Assembly (NCBI RefSeq): GCF_004010195.1
Contig: NC_057755.1
Location: 1,229,306 to 1,293,305 of the forward strand
Length of the DNA stretch: 64,000 bases
Direction of reading: 5' to 3'
Origin: Chiloscyllium plagiosum
Taxonomy: Eukaryota
Both the position numbers and the translations under genes were made by a program. The notes under the pieces were generated by a model, which ran no database searches, was not told the origin of the DNA, and worked only from the letters and a program-made list of their open reading frames with translations. Position 1 is the first letter of the stretch, and each line of letters opens with the position of its first letter. Of the stretch, positions 23,488 through 37,313 are shown piece by piece.

Positions 23488-23812
23488 GGGCGGCACGGTG
23501 GCACAGTGGTTAGCACTGCTGCCTCACAGCGCCAGAGACCCGGGTTCAATTCCCGCCTCAGGCGACTGACTGTGTGGAGTTTGCACGTTCTCCCTGTGTC
23601 TGCGTGGGTTTCCTCTGGGTGCTCCGGTTTCCTCTCACAGTCCAAAGATGTGCAGGTCAGGTGAATTGGCCATGCTAAATTGCCCGTAGTGTTAGGTAAG
23701 GGGTAAATGTAGGGGTATGGGTGGGTTGCGCTTCGGCGGGATGGTGTGGACTTGTTGGGTCGAAGGGCCTGTTTCCACACTGTAAATAATCTAATCTAAT
23801 CTAATCTAATCT
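23488..23812 (+). mobile_element. HE1 V-SINE, young full-length copy
   Basis: A box tggcacagtggttag, B box ggttcaattcc, V domain, CR1-like tail and (taatc)n end. Confidence 0.92.
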
Positions 23813-26800
23813 GATGCTGGTTAAGGGTTTGACTCTGTCTCCAGGATAACAGTGGTATGAAACCTAAATTCCAAACACTTCCTCCTTTCTTTTCCCTCGC
23901 TCTCGCGCTCTCTCTGTTGTCCTTCTCACGCGCTCTCCATTTCTGATATCTCTCGTGCCCTCTCTCTCTGTTGACCCTCTCACTTGCTCTGCATTTCTGA
24001 CATCTCCCTAACCCCCTCTTTCCCTGTCCCCGCTTTGCTCTCTCCCCTCTGTCTCCTCTCTCCGCACACGCCCTCACCAGTTCCTTTTCACTCTCTCTTC
24101 CCCTCTCTGTCAAACCCCCTCCATTCTGATTGAAATGTCCTCTCCTCCCTCCCTCCCATTTAGTGTGTTCCTATCTCCCTGTCCTGTAGACATTAGCCAC
24201 GTCAATATGACATTCTGGAGGAAGGAAGGTTGGGGGGTGGTCTGTGCTGGAGAAAGGGGATGATACACCCCAACCACTGTCAGGCCATCAGCAAACAGAG
24301 CCCGGGCCCTGTACACAGGCTGCTCTGATGTATAAGCGGTGACCCACAGGCCGAGGGGCCACAGCAAGATCCCAGAGGCAGGGTGTGGGACCCTAGGTTA
24401 TTTCCTCTTCTTTGCCCCAAGCAAGAACACCCAGGCCCCCAACGCTAGCAACACCCTCTCCACAAGCACAACCTCTCCATGTAACTTTCACACCGCAAGA
24501 TCCTAATAATTCTAGTACTTGCACAATTCAGTTTCTGACTGTGGGTCACTCTATCGCTCGCTTTTTCTCTCCCTCTGTCTCTCTCCCTCTGTCCAATTTT
24601 TATTTGTTTGAAAACTCAACAAAAGAAAATGAAGAGGGTTCATAAAGGGGACAGAGGGGGAAAGGCAGAGATAGATCCCCCCCTTTCCCAGATACTCAGT
24701 GAATTGAATTGAAATGGCTAGCCTGCATCTTATTTCTGCATTTCTCTCATTTTATCACCCTGGCCTATGCACATCTCACATTAGTCTGACATTAGAATGG
24801 GTCTTTGGAGAGAGTTTCTCATTTAAAGGTTTTAATTCCCTCCTTGGGGAGTCCTCTGTCTGTCAGATTCTCGCTGGGCATTGATGTGTTTTGTGTCAAA
24901 TCCCAAGCCCCCAGTTACTTTAGCCCCTGGCTTCAAACTTGTTTTGAAAATGACAGGACCGCAATCCGACAGGACCCCATTAACCAGAGGTCCCATTAGA
25001 AGCCAGCTCCTTCCCCAGAGAGAGGAGATGAAACCTCAGGGTAATACACAGACAAAACTCACCGGGGCCCCAAAGGGTGCAGCCTGTCAAACAGGCCTCA
25101 GGACCAGGTCCCCATCTGGAGAAAGCTCTTCTTCAAAGGTTTCCTGGTCCCAAACTCTCTCTTTTCAAATCCTCAAGTGGCCGGAAAGATCCCTTTAGGA
25201 GGAAACGAGCAGCTCTATTTGAAAGGTACAGCAAGAAAATCTTTTATAGAGAGAAAGCACAGAAAGATCCCGGGTTTTCCCCTCTGTGAGGCAGACAATC
25301 TGTCAGCAACATCCGAACACAAACATGTGGGGCAATGAGTTGAGTTTTCATGTTGAAAAACTTTTCGAAATGTGTAAGCCTGCAACAATGGCACTGTGGC
25401 GATTGACGCACAGCAAGATCCCACATATGACAATACTGCAGTAGCTTCATAATCTGGTCATTTTTATTTCCCTCTGTGATGCTGGTTCAGTTTAATTATG
25501 TCCTGTCACTCCAGAATCGAACATTACAGGTATTTCACAGTCTCACAATGCCTCTCCCTCTCTCTCTCTTTCCTTCTGTTTCTCCTGCTCTCTCCATTTT
25601 TCACTTCTTTCTCTCACCCTCTTTCTCTCACCCTCTTTCTCTCACCCTCTTTCTCTCCCTGGCGAATTCTTCCATCCTGCCCTCTCTATGAGCTACATTC
25701 CTCTGACAGTGTGATAATTCTTTCTGGACGGCCAGATATTTTTGGCCAGATCCTGGGCGTTAACCTGTTTGTGTCACAATCCCAAAGCCCCGGTTACTTT
25801 AACCCCAGGCTTCAAACCTGTTTTAAAACAACAGGGCTACAATCTGACAGGGCGCAGTTAACCAGAGGCCCTGACAAACTTGGCTTCCACACCCCACCCC
25901 GCCCCCAGAGGAGATGAAACATCGGGGGAATAAACAGACCACCACTCACCTGGGCCCCACGGGCTGCAGTCTGGCCAGCAGGCCTTAGGCCTGTGCTCCC
26001 CCTCTGGAGGTTGTTCTTGTCCAAGGCTTTCCTGGATCTTCACTTCACAGCTTTCCAAATAAAAGTTCCTTGGGATAAAGGAGAGAAAAGATGAGGTGGG
26101 ATGGCTGGGGGAGCAAGAGCAGTTTGATGCCAAATTACACAGCAAGATCCCAGGTAACAGCACAACCCTACCACCCTTTCCCCATCCCTATCCCAAATGC
26201 ATTTCATAACATCACAGCAGCATCAAAATACAAAAAAATCATAAAGCAATTAACCAAAGGCTGGCAACATTATGAAACACATGCACACAAATACAGATAC
26301 TCTCTCTCTCAACCAGAGAGGGAGAGCTGCTCGCTCTCAGTAAGACAGAGAACAAGGTTTGAGAATGAATCTGACCAATTTCTTGTCAACGTTTATTCTG
26401 GGTTTGGGTTTTGTGGACTCCACCCCTGTATTCTCTGACACATTGCACCGTCTGTCAGTTTGCTTCCTGGGGAGGGCTGTGTGATTGAGATGTCAATTTA
26501 CAGGACAGGAGCCTTGTTGGATCTTACTGTCCACTGAGATGTTAATTCTGGGACAGCAAAGCATTACCATTCCCAGTTGGTTCAACTTTTTTTTGAAGCC
26601 ATGTCGATACAGTTTGAAAATATTAAATATTACTCCCGCACTAGTGTCTCAGAGCCTAACTGTAGGAAGACACCCTGAGCCACACACAAGGCTGGGAATA
26701 GAGAGGGGGACATTTGCTGCGGATCTCTTGGGATTTTTCTGCTGTATGTGAGATTCCCAGACTCTAACTCTCGCTATCCCTGTCTCACTCTCGCTCTAGC

Positions 26801-27221
26801 TCTCACTCTGTCCCTGTGTGTCTCTCTTTGGCCTGTCTGTCTCTGCCCCTCTGTCCCTGTCTCTCCTTGCCCTGCTCTATATGCAGTCATTTCTAACTTG
26901 ATTTTTAATCTTTTATTTCCTTTCCACTTCTCAGAAATATCGGCAGAGTTTGGGATTTAAATCATAGATCACTTGCCTGCCCCTCAATACTGACATTTCT
27001 TCCTCTGTGCATCCCCCATCCCCGCCACGTGCACGCACATACTCGGACATGGACGGACACAAACGCATACTCATACAGGACATGGGGACTGTGAACTGGT
27101 TTTGTCTTCGGGGAGAGTCAGTGAACTCAAGTATCATCACAGAAATATCTCAGTGTGTGAGAGAGAGTGAGACCGTGACTGTGTGTGAGAGAAAGAGAGA
27201 GAGAGAGTGAGCCCATGCCTG

Positions 27222-27912
27222 TGTGCAAAGTTAAAAATCTCACAACACCAGGTTATAGTCCAACAGGTTTAGTTGGAAGCACTAACTTTTGGAGTGCTGC
27301 TCCTTTGTGGGATATAAATGAATTAATGTTATTTCTGCAAGCATAAATTCTGATACAGAACAGGAATGAGAAAATACATATTCAGCAAAAAGAAAGGATA
27401 TGTTAGCATGAGACGTGAATACAGAACAATGGTGGATGTGTGGGCAAACAGGAAAACATCTGTTTTCCCCGCTTGCACAGAGACACAGGAACAAACCCTA
27501 ATTAAAGAGGTCAAAGTGGCCTCTGGATGGAAATAGATGCTGATAGAAGAAAATATATGCCTAATCAATAATCTACAATAGACTGACGTCAAACACCCTT
27601 ATGGGACTCAGAGATAAGAGTTTGTCACGGACAAGACAGGATAAACAGAAGTTGTGGGATAAGTCTTAAGGAAATCTGTGACGTAAGCGAAGCAGGGAAC
27701 AGACAATGGAATAAGGAAAACATATGAGAAAAAACAGTATAAATTGCAAGGGTTTTTTGGGATATACTGTGCATTTTATCATTGCCTTACCTGGTAATGA
27801 GACAAAGCACCCACCTATAGGTGTATAAATAAATGGCGGATTCAGATATTTGTCTCGGACTGAAATTATTAAAGTGAGTGAGCTTTTGTTTCTCACACCT
27901 TCATCAGGGGTT
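27222..27912 (-). mobile_element. Family B element split by a solo LTR
   Basis: 27222-27305 and 27898-27912 rejoin to the reverse complement of CTGATGAAGGAGCAGCACTCCAAAAGTTAGTG... Confidence 0.8.
27306..27897 (+). mobile_element. Solo LTR (ERV-like, family L-1) with 4-bp TSD
   Basis: TGTGGG...CTCACA termini; TSD cctt at 27302-27305 and 27898-27901; TATAAATAAA near 27824; end sequences shared with 39547-40215. Confidence 0.85.
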
Positions 27913-27964
27913 GATGTGTGAGAGAATGAGATCATGCCTGTGTGTGTGTGTGTGTGTGTGTGTG

Positions 27965-27996
<32 letters not shown>

Positions 27997-28586
27997 ACGT
28001 GTGTGTCTGTCTGAAAGAGGGAGAGTGAGACCACGTCTGTGTGTGTGAGTGTAAGAGTATGTGAGTTGGTGAATGTGAGTGTGTGTGACTGAGAGTATAT
28101 GGGAGTGCATGTGTGAGAGAGAGTGTGTGTATGAGATTGTGATAGTCTGTGTGGAATTGTTTGAATGTGCATTTGAGAGTGACTGCGTGCAAGCGTGTGC
28201 ACGTCAGTGTGGACGTCTGCATGGGCGTATGTGAGAGTGTATGTGCGTGTAAAGGACTGAATGTGGCATGAGAGGGTGTGTGTGTGTGAAGGACTGAATG
28301 TGGCGTGCGTGGGTGTGTGTGTGTGTGTGAGGACTGAATATGGCACGCGAGGGTGTGTGTTTGTGAAGGACTGAATGTGGAGTGCAAGAGTGTGTGTCTA
28401 CACGCGTGAGAGAATGAGCGAATGAAACTGAGGGACTGTGTATGGTTTGTGGATCATTACTGGGGCAGGGATATAAACACGTGGTTTCCATCGAGTCATG
28501 TTATGGAGTGACAGCATTGGCGCTGAAACTGTGCAGCCAGATGGACGCTCACAGATACACACAGTCATTCATTCTCTTTCTCATAC

Positions 28587-28625
<39 letters not shown>

Positions 28626-29786
28626 CACACACATTCTCTCTCTCTCACTCATGCGCGCACACACACACACAGGCATGGTCTCTCTCACACACATGCATGG
28701 TTTCTCACATGCACGCACACACAGGCATGGTCTCTTTCTCACACACACACAGGCAGTGTCTCTGTCTCACGCGTGCACACATACACACAGGCATGGTCTT
28801 CCTCTCGCGCATATACATACATACAGAGGCGTGGTTTCTCTCTCTCACATGCATGCGCACGCACACACACACACACAGGCATGGTCTCTCTGTCACACAC
28901 ACAGAGGCTTGGTCTTTCTCTATCTCTCACACACACACTCTTGCACACAAACACACACAGACATGGTGTGTTTCTCGCTCTCTCTCACAGACACACACAC
29001 ACACACACAGAGGCATGGTCTCCGTCTCTCCCACACAGAGGCATGATCTCCCTCTCTCTCTCGCACACGCACACACAGAGGCATGGTCTCTTTCTCTCAC
29101 TCACTCACACACACACACACACACAGGCATAGTCTCATTCACTCACATACAGACATGGACTTTGTCTTTCTCTTTCACATACAGACACAGAAGCATGATC
29201 TCTCTCTCACATACACACGTGCGCACACACACACAGGCGCAGTCTCTATCTCTCTCTGTCTCTCTCACATGTGCACACAGAGGCATGGTCTCTCTTTCTC
29301 TCTTACTCACACACACAACACAGAGGCATGGTCTCACTCTCATTCAAACACAGGCATTCTCTCTGTCTCTCTGTCTCTGTCTCTCTGTCTCTCTCTGTCA
29401 CACATACCTTCGCTTTCTCTCTCTGTCACACATACCTTCGCCTTCTCTCACACACTCTAACACATACCTACACTCACAAACATACTCTCTCACATTCATG
29501 CACACACACTGACTCTCTCTTGGGCATGCTCACTCTCTTGCAACACTCCCTTTCTATTGTGCACACACACTTCTATGCACACACACTTCCTTTCATGCAC
29601 ACAATCATTATTTCTCTCACGCAAGCTCATACTGTCTTTTCTTCTCTCGTACATACACACATGCTCTCTCACACACACATACACACACACACACTCTCTC
29701 TCTCTCTGTCACGCACACCTTCGCCTTCTCTCACTCACACACACTGGCAAAGTCTCTTACACACTGTAACACATACCTACACTCAC

Positions 29787-30477
29787 AAACATGCTCACTC
29801 ACGTCAATAATTTCAGTCCAAGACAAGATCTGAATCAGTAGTGTCATTTATTTCACTCTTGCAAGAGGATGTGGTGTCCACTGTCCACAAGGCAGGACAC
29901 ACACACACTGAATTCAACTAGTACACAACATTTATGTAATTTGGTTCCTATTCTTTCATCCCATTGCTCCTTCCCTGCTTACATCTCCCACCTAAGACCA
30001 GTGCCCATTACTCTTGTTTACCTCTTGCCTTATCCGGCCTTGTCTCCGACAAAATGCTTATTCTGGCCTCACAAGGCCGTTTGGCCACATCCTGCTGCAG
30101 TCCATTGTTAGGTATATCCTCCCTCACTTGTTTTGACCTTATGACCTCATGATGTCTTGATTGTGGTTTGTTCTTGTTTTTGCAGAAGCAGGAAATAGAT
30201 GCTTATAACTACTGTTTGTACAGGCATATCTAGCTTAACCCCCTCCCCTCACAGGACCTTATCTATTTGTCTGTAACATTTACCATTGTTGCAGGTACAT
30301 TTCATTCTTGCATGTACATTTTAGCTAATACAAAAACAATTATGTATTTCCTTCACTTAGTTTTCATTCTTGTTGACTCAGCTCTTGGCTGAAACAATTA
30401 TACACTGCTATGAGTTCATTTACCTTGCATAAGTAAATATGATTGCAGAAGTAACACTACTTTACCTATATCCCACA
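29787..30477 (-). mobile_element. Solo LTR, family L-1, reverse orientation
   Basis: Reverse complement closely matches 39547-40215 (tgtggg.tataggtaaagtagtgttacttctgcaatcata; caaccaagagctgagtcaacaagaatgaaaac). Confidence 0.85.
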
Positions 30478-33400
30478 CACTCATGCACGCACACACTGAC
30501 TCTCTCTCTTGGGCATGCTCACTCTCTTGCAACACTCCCCTTCTATTGTGCACACACACTCTTCTTCTCTCCTATGCACATACACACACTTCCTTTCATG
30601 CACACAATCATTATTTCTCTCACGCAAGCTCATACTGTCTTTCCTTCTCTCACACATAGACACACACACAATTTCTCTCTTGCAAACTCTCTCTCTGCAG
30701 GCACACACACAGAAAGTACGTACACACACTCTTCCTCTCACATACAGACACACTTTCACACGCACACACATTCTTTCACGTGTTCACACTTTCTCTCTCG
30801 CACACACACACTCTCTGATGCACACACTCTTCCACATGCATGCACACTCTTTCTCACATGTGCACTTTCTCTTGCACGCGCACACACATTCTCTCTCTCT
30901 TGCGCACATGCGCACACTGTTGCATATGCAGACACTCTCTTTCTCTTGCACATGCACTCTCTGTCATATTCACACACTCACTCTCATTCTCTTGTACACT
31001 CTCTGAGGCACACACACTCGCGTATGCACTCACTCTTTCGCGCATGCACACACTTCTCTCTCGTGCACACTCTCTCACACACGCTCTCCTCATTCGCATC
31101 TGCACACTTTTTCTCTCTCTCACAAGTGCACACACTATCTCATGTGCTCACTTTCTCTGACGCACGCATACATTCTCTGTCTTTTGCACACACGCACTGC
31201 CTTTCTCTTTCACACACACATGCACTCTTTTTAGCACACACACATTCACTCTCTCTCGCATACATGCACTCTTTGTCTCTTGCACACACATTCTCTCTCG
31301 CATGCACACACTCTTTCGCCCACTTCTCACACTCACACATGCATCCCCACCTCTCTCTCTCTCATGCAGGTACACAATCACGCTTTCTCTCTCGTAAGCC
31401 CTCTCTCTCTCTCGCATTTGAATGTGCACACTCTCATGTTCGCACACACTGTCTCTCTCACATTCGCGCACACTCTCAAGTTTGCACACAATCTCATGTT
31501 TGTGCGCTCTCTCTCATGTTTGCACACACTCATGCTCGCACATGCTCTTTCTCTCGCACAGTCACACCCACTCTCTTTCTCTCACATACACACTCTGTCG
31601 CACGTGCACACACACACACTCTCTCCCTCTCTCTCCCGCATGCACTCTCTCTCTCACATGCACACACACTCTTTCTGTCACACGCACACACCTTCTCTCT
31701 TTCCCATGCAGGAACACTCTCTCTCTCTTTCTCTCTCCTCTCTCTCACATGCATGCACAATCTCTGTCTATCATGCACAAACTCTCTTTCTATCACACGT
31801 TCTCTCTTGCAAATATGTAGTCTCTCTTGCTCTCGCATACATGTTCACTCTCTCTCTCGAATGCACCCACTCTGTCACGGATGCACTCTCTCTCTCACTC
31901 GCAAGAACACACTTTCTCTCTCACAGACATTTCCTTTCTTGTATGCACATGGTCTCTTTCCCTCTCTCCTATGTGCATACACTTTCTCTCATGCATGCAC
32001 ACAGAGTCTCTCTCACATGCACACTCTATCTCACAAGCAAACGCTCTCTTGCATGCACATACTCTTTCACCCATGTGCGCACACTCCTTCTATCTGACAT
32101 GAACAATCTCTCTCACAGGTGTGTACTCTCTTCATGCAGACACACATTTTCTCTCTCACATGTGCACATTCTATTTCTCTTGCATACGCACACTTTCTTA
32201 CACACACATGCACTCTCTTTCTCATGCAAGTACACACGCTCTTTCTCTCGTGCATGCACACACTCTCGCGCACACATACACACATGTTTTCTCATTCGTG
32301 CACACTCTTTGTCTCTCACATGTACACACTCTTTCTCTCGCATGTGCACGGTCTCTCACTCATGCACACATGCAATCTCTCTCTTGCTTGTGTCTGCATA
32401 CACTCTTACCCTTGCGCAAGTGCACTCTCTCTCTTTCTCACTCACTTACCACACAGTCTTTCTCTCGCATGCATGCTCTTTCTCTCACACATGCACACAC
32501 TTCCTGTCATGTACACACTCTCTCTTCCTCTCTCACGTGCACACACTTCTCTCTCGCAAGCAGTCTGTCTCGCACACAGTCTCTCTCACACACTCATGCA
32601 TGCTCAACTCTCTTTCTCTTGTGCATGTGCACACTCTTGCACATGACACACTCTCTCTCATATACCCTCTGCCATACACTCACACACACATACTCTCTCT
32701 TTCTTTCTCCTACACACGCCCACACATTATTTCTGTTGAGTAGGTGCACACTCTTCCTCTCATAAACGCACACACTCTGTCTCACAAGCACACACTTTCT
32801 TTCTTTCTCTCTTTTACATACACTCTCTCTTCTCGCACATGCACACCCTATCTCTCGCATGCTCACAGTCTCTCTCTCTCTCTACCACACTCCGCATACA
32901 CACACACTCTCTTTCTCTTGTGCATTGTACGTTCTTGCACATGACACTCTCTCACAAACACGCTCTTCTTCACACATGCACACACTGTCTTCCTATCTTT
33001 CTCTCACATGCACACACCATCTCTCATGCACACACTCTCTCTCATGCACGCACACACACCCTCTTTCTCGCACACGTGCACCCATTCCCTCATGCATGCA
33101 CGCACTCTCTCTTTCACACAAATGCACACTCTCTCGTACGCATGCACTCTTGCTCTCTCTCTCATGCATGCACGCACGCACTCTCTCAGGAAAAGATTCT
33201 CTTTCTCTCTTGTGCACACACAGACTCTTCTTCTCACACATACACATACTGTGTCTTGCAAGCACAGCATTCTCTTGCACACAATCTTTCTCGCAAGCAG
33301 ACACTTTCTTTCTCTCTCGCATGTAAAGACTCTTCTCGCATGCATGCACACTTTCTCTCTAACTTGCGCACATTCTCTTTCTCATGCACAAACTATTACT

Positions 33401-34932
33401 CTTGCACACTTCCTCATTCTTTTTCCCTGTCACATGCGCACATTCTCTCTCACACACTCACGCTGTCTCTTTCACTCATGCATGCACACAGTCTCTCTCA
33501 CATGCACGATCTTTATCTCATGCACAAACACACTTCCTCGCATGTATGCGCACTCTTTCTCTCAGACATGCACACACACTTTTTCTCTGTCGCATGTGCA
33601 TACTCTTTCTCTCTTGCATGTGTATACTCTCTCACTCTCACATGCACACTCTCTCCCACACAGGCACACATTCTCTCTCACACATGCGCACACTCATTCT
33701 CTTGCACATGCACACACTCATTCTCTTGCACATGCACACACTCTATCTCACACTTTCTTCGCGTACACACTTTCTCACTCGTGCACACTCTCATTCTCTC
33801 ACAAACACGAACTGTTTCTCTCTTGCACGCTTACACGATCTTTCTCTCTCTGTCACACATTCACACTCCTCGCATATGTGCAAACTCTCTCACTTGCGCA
33901 CATTCTCTTTCTCTCTCGCACAATCTCTCTCTCACACACAGTCTCACTCTTTTTCTCTCTCATGTGTGCACACTCACACACGTATGCTCTCTCTTTCTCT
34001 CATGCATGCACATGGTCTCTCTCTCTCTCACATGCATGATCTGTATCTTACGTGCAAACACTCTTTCTGACATGCACACTCTCTCTGTCACATGTGCACA
34101 TTCTTTCTTTCTCACATGTGAATACTCTCTCCATCTCTCACGTGCACTCACTCTCACACACAGGCATACATTCTCATTCACCCGTGCACACGCTTTAATT
34201 GTCTTGCACATGCACACTTTCTCCCACATACGCACACACTCTTTCTCTGGCACATGCACACACACTGTCTCTCACATGCACACATTCTCTGTCACGTGCA
34301 CACACTGTTGCACACGCGCGTTCTTTCTCTCATGCACACACATTCTGTCTCACACATGCGCACTCTTTCTCTCACACACGGACTCAAACCATTTCTCTCA
34401 GAACGTTCACTTTGTTTTTCTGTTGCGTCTGCACACTCTTTCTCTCTGACATGTGAATACTCTCTCCCTCTCTCTCACACGCATCCTTCCTCGCATATGC
34501 CCACATTCTCTCACGTGTGTGCACAGTCTAATTCTCTTGCACACGGACATATTCTCTCACTCTCACATGCATACATGCACTCTCTCGCGCATGCATGCAC
34601 TCACATGCAGACATTCTCTCTCATTCATGCACACTCTGTCTCGCACGCACACACTCTCACACACACACACACTCTTGCACATGCGCGCACTGTCTCATGC
34701 ATGCACACACTCTTCCTCTCACAAGGACACAAGCACTCTCTTTCTCTCACACATGCACTCTCTTTCTCTCACACATACACATTCTATCTCTTATAAGCAC
34801 ACACTCTCTCGTGCACGCATACACTCTCTCTTTCGTGTATGCATACACTTTCTCGTGCATGTACACACTAGTAAGCATACACTCTCCTCTCTTGCACGCA
34901 CACTCTCAAAAGCACACACAGACACTCACTCA

Positions 34933-35170
34933 AGGGGCAACTTTTTCACGCTGAGGGTGGTACGTGTATGGAATGAACTGCCAGAGGATATAGTGGAGGC
35001 TGGTACAATTGCAACATTTAAGAGACATTTGGATGGGTATATGAATTGGAAGGGTTTGGAGAGATCTGGGCCGGATGCTGGCAGGTGGGACTAGATTGGG
35101 TTGGGATATCTGGTCGGCATGGACGGGTTGGACTGAAGGGTCTGTTTCCATGCTGTACATCTCTATGACT
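34933..35170 (+). mobile_element. CR1/HER1 3' tail inserted in microsatellite
   Basis: RGNFFTLRVVRVWNELPEDIVEAGTIATFKRHLDGYM plus 3' UTR. Confidence 0.9.
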
Positions 35171-35689
35171 ACATCTCTCGCACACGCACACAGACTCCCT
35201 CTCTTACGCAGGCACATACTCTCTCTCTTGTATGCACACACACATACTCCTGCTCTCATGCATGCACACACACACACTCGCACAAATGCACGTACTCTTT
35301 CTTTCTTGAACATGCGCACACTCCCTCTCTCTCTCAAATGCATACTCCCGCTCTCGCGTACACACACACACATCCTCTCTCGTGCATACACACATTCACA
35401 AGCATGCACTCTCCAACTCTCTCGCACGCACATTCTCTCTCTGGCAAGCACGAGTATTCCTTCTCTCGTGCATGCACACACTCCCTCTCTTGCGCGGACA
35501 CACAATCTCTCTCTCACATACGCACACCTCCCCTTGCGCGGACACACAATCTCTCTCTCACATACGCACACCTCCCTGGCTCTAGCATGCACACACTATT
35601 TAATGGAGCTTGAATATTTGGAAATCCCAATACATTTGGTCATTCCGTGTCCCTGTGTAACTGTGTGAGCAAGTGTGTGTGTGTATATA

Positions 35690-36530
35690 TACCACCAGAG
35701 CCCTGCATTATTGGGTCAAATATGTCTTCACTCCAGCAGTTATACCATATTCAAAAATGTATTCCAGATCCTTGTTCACAAATCACAGAAAGCCAATGTG
35801 ATGGTTTCACCAAATTTGAAATGTGCTTTTAAGAACATGTTCCCCTCTCCTGTGCTGACAGAATTCCTGATCCATAACTGAATCCTTCTCTGTTCCTGTC
35901 CCCCCACCATGTTAACATTGTACCATTTAGTCTGTATTGTCCTTCCTCAGTCTAACATCCAAACGCCATCACTTCCCATCTCACTGTATTCCATCTGCAG
36001 GAGGCTGAGATGATCCTGTACAAACTGTGAGGGGCTGTTTTAATCTTCAAAACCAGGACGAAGGATTCTGAAGGTGTCAGCCATCTTAGTTATGTTGACG
36101 GCAGCCATTTCATGTTAGCCAGGGCTGACATTGACTTTACATATAGGGAGAGGCAAGAAAGAGTGGGGACTTGGGGAGTGCGTGTGTATCTGAGTGCAGT
36201 TTTGATTCACCAGAATGATAGCTGGACAGCAAGGGATCTCTGGGGCGGGAGGGAAATGACCCCTACCCAGGGTTGTGTCTCTTGGATTTAGAAGGATCGG
36301 AGGGAATGAAAGTTTTTGAGACAATAACAGAAATGGCTGGGATAGACAGAGAGAAAGGCTTCTGCTGCTTCTGGGTCTAGGATGAGAATCAACATCTAAA
36401 ACTCGAACAATACTCTTAAACAGTTTCAAGATGAAAATGAAGTTAAAAAGCCTCCCATTTCTCTGTGTGATATTGCACACTATGTCTTACTCACTCACTC
36501 ACTGAATATGTCTAACCCCCTTTCTGTATC
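35690..36530 (+). repeat. Local duplication, copy 1 (copy 2 at ~40730-41578)
   Basis: Long colinear matches, e.g. acaaatcacagaaagccaatgtgatgg and tttagaaggatcggagggaatgaaagtttttgagacaataa. Confidence 0.9.
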
Positions 36531-36784
36531 CTTCTTGCATTGATGATTTTCTAGTTGTTCCCAGGGGATGGGCCACGGGAAGTGTAAAAGCCTTTCTGAG
36601 ATTGTCCAGGGGACATGGACATCATGAACCAACTCAAAAAAGCTAACGGAAAGATGTGACAATTGGAAGATATTTCAGGAGTGGCGAGAGAAACACATAG
36701 ATACACACACACTGACTCAGAGACAGGATTTGAGAGGATCTTTGGATGTGGAGATGTAAGTGAGTGGGAAAACATTGTCTGAGT

Positions 36785-37095
36785 CAGAAATCCAATCGAG
36801 GGGTTCAGCGTGTTTTTAGACAGAATAACAGGCGCCCAGGAATGATTTACAGTCTGGAATCTAATTGAGGGGTTCAGGGTGGTTTATATATGGAATAACA
36901 GATACCCGGGAGTGAGTTACAGACTGGAATCTAATCGAGGGGTTTGGTATGGTTTAAATAATGAATAGCAAATACCTGGGACTGAGTTACAGACTGGATT
37001 CAAAATGAGTAGATTGAGATGCTCAGGATTAAGTTATTGACTGGAAACGAATTGAGAGGAGTAGGCAAATTATATACAGAGCAACCCTGGGATAC
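36785..37095 (+). repeat. ~70-bp minisatellite
   Basis: About 4 degenerate units of acagactggaatctaatcgaggggttcagggtggtttatatatggaataacagatacccgggagtgagtt. Confidence 0.8.
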
Positions 37096-37150
37096 GAGAG
37101 GGGAGAAACCAGAGGATGAAGTACCCATCATGGACCAACTCAAAAATGAG

Positions 37151-37313
37151 AACAGGTCAGGCAGCATCCGAGGAGCAGGAAAATCAATGTTTCGGCAGGA
37201 GCCTTTCATCAGGAATGATATACCTGCTCTTCGAATGCTGCCTGACCTGCTGTGCTTTTCCAGCACCGCTCTAATCTTGACTCTAATCTCCAGCATCTGC
37301 AGTCCTCACTTTC
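37151..37313. mobile_element. Family A element with inverted halves and 17-bp TSD
   Basis: accaactcaaaaatgag at 37134-37150 and 37314-37330; the minus half carries ttcCTGATGAaAGGCtcctGCCGAAAcattg. Confidence 0.85.

Larger units (their letters stand above)
27913..35595. repeat. Large CA/CT/GT low-complexity and minisatellite block
   Basis: GT/GA-rich up to ~28440, CA/CT-rich after ~28550; units cacacaggcatggtctctct and gaaggactgaatgtggc; source of the many spurious H/T/S/L-rich ORFs. Confidence 0.95.

Noticed and set aside
23488..23570. tRNA gene
   Set aside because: The A/B boxes belong to the tRNA-derived head of the HE1 SINE
21960..26540. CRISPR-like array or V(D)J recombination signals from the CACAGCAAGATCCCA motif
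   Set aside because: Spacing is irregular and hundreds of bases long, the context is eukaryotic, and there is no ACAAAAACC nonamer at 12/23 spacing and no Ig segments
28442..35668. Long ORFs (up to 552 aa) rich in H/T/S/L/C
   Set aside because: Translations of CA/CT low-complexity DNA, which rarely contains stop codons; open in several frames at once
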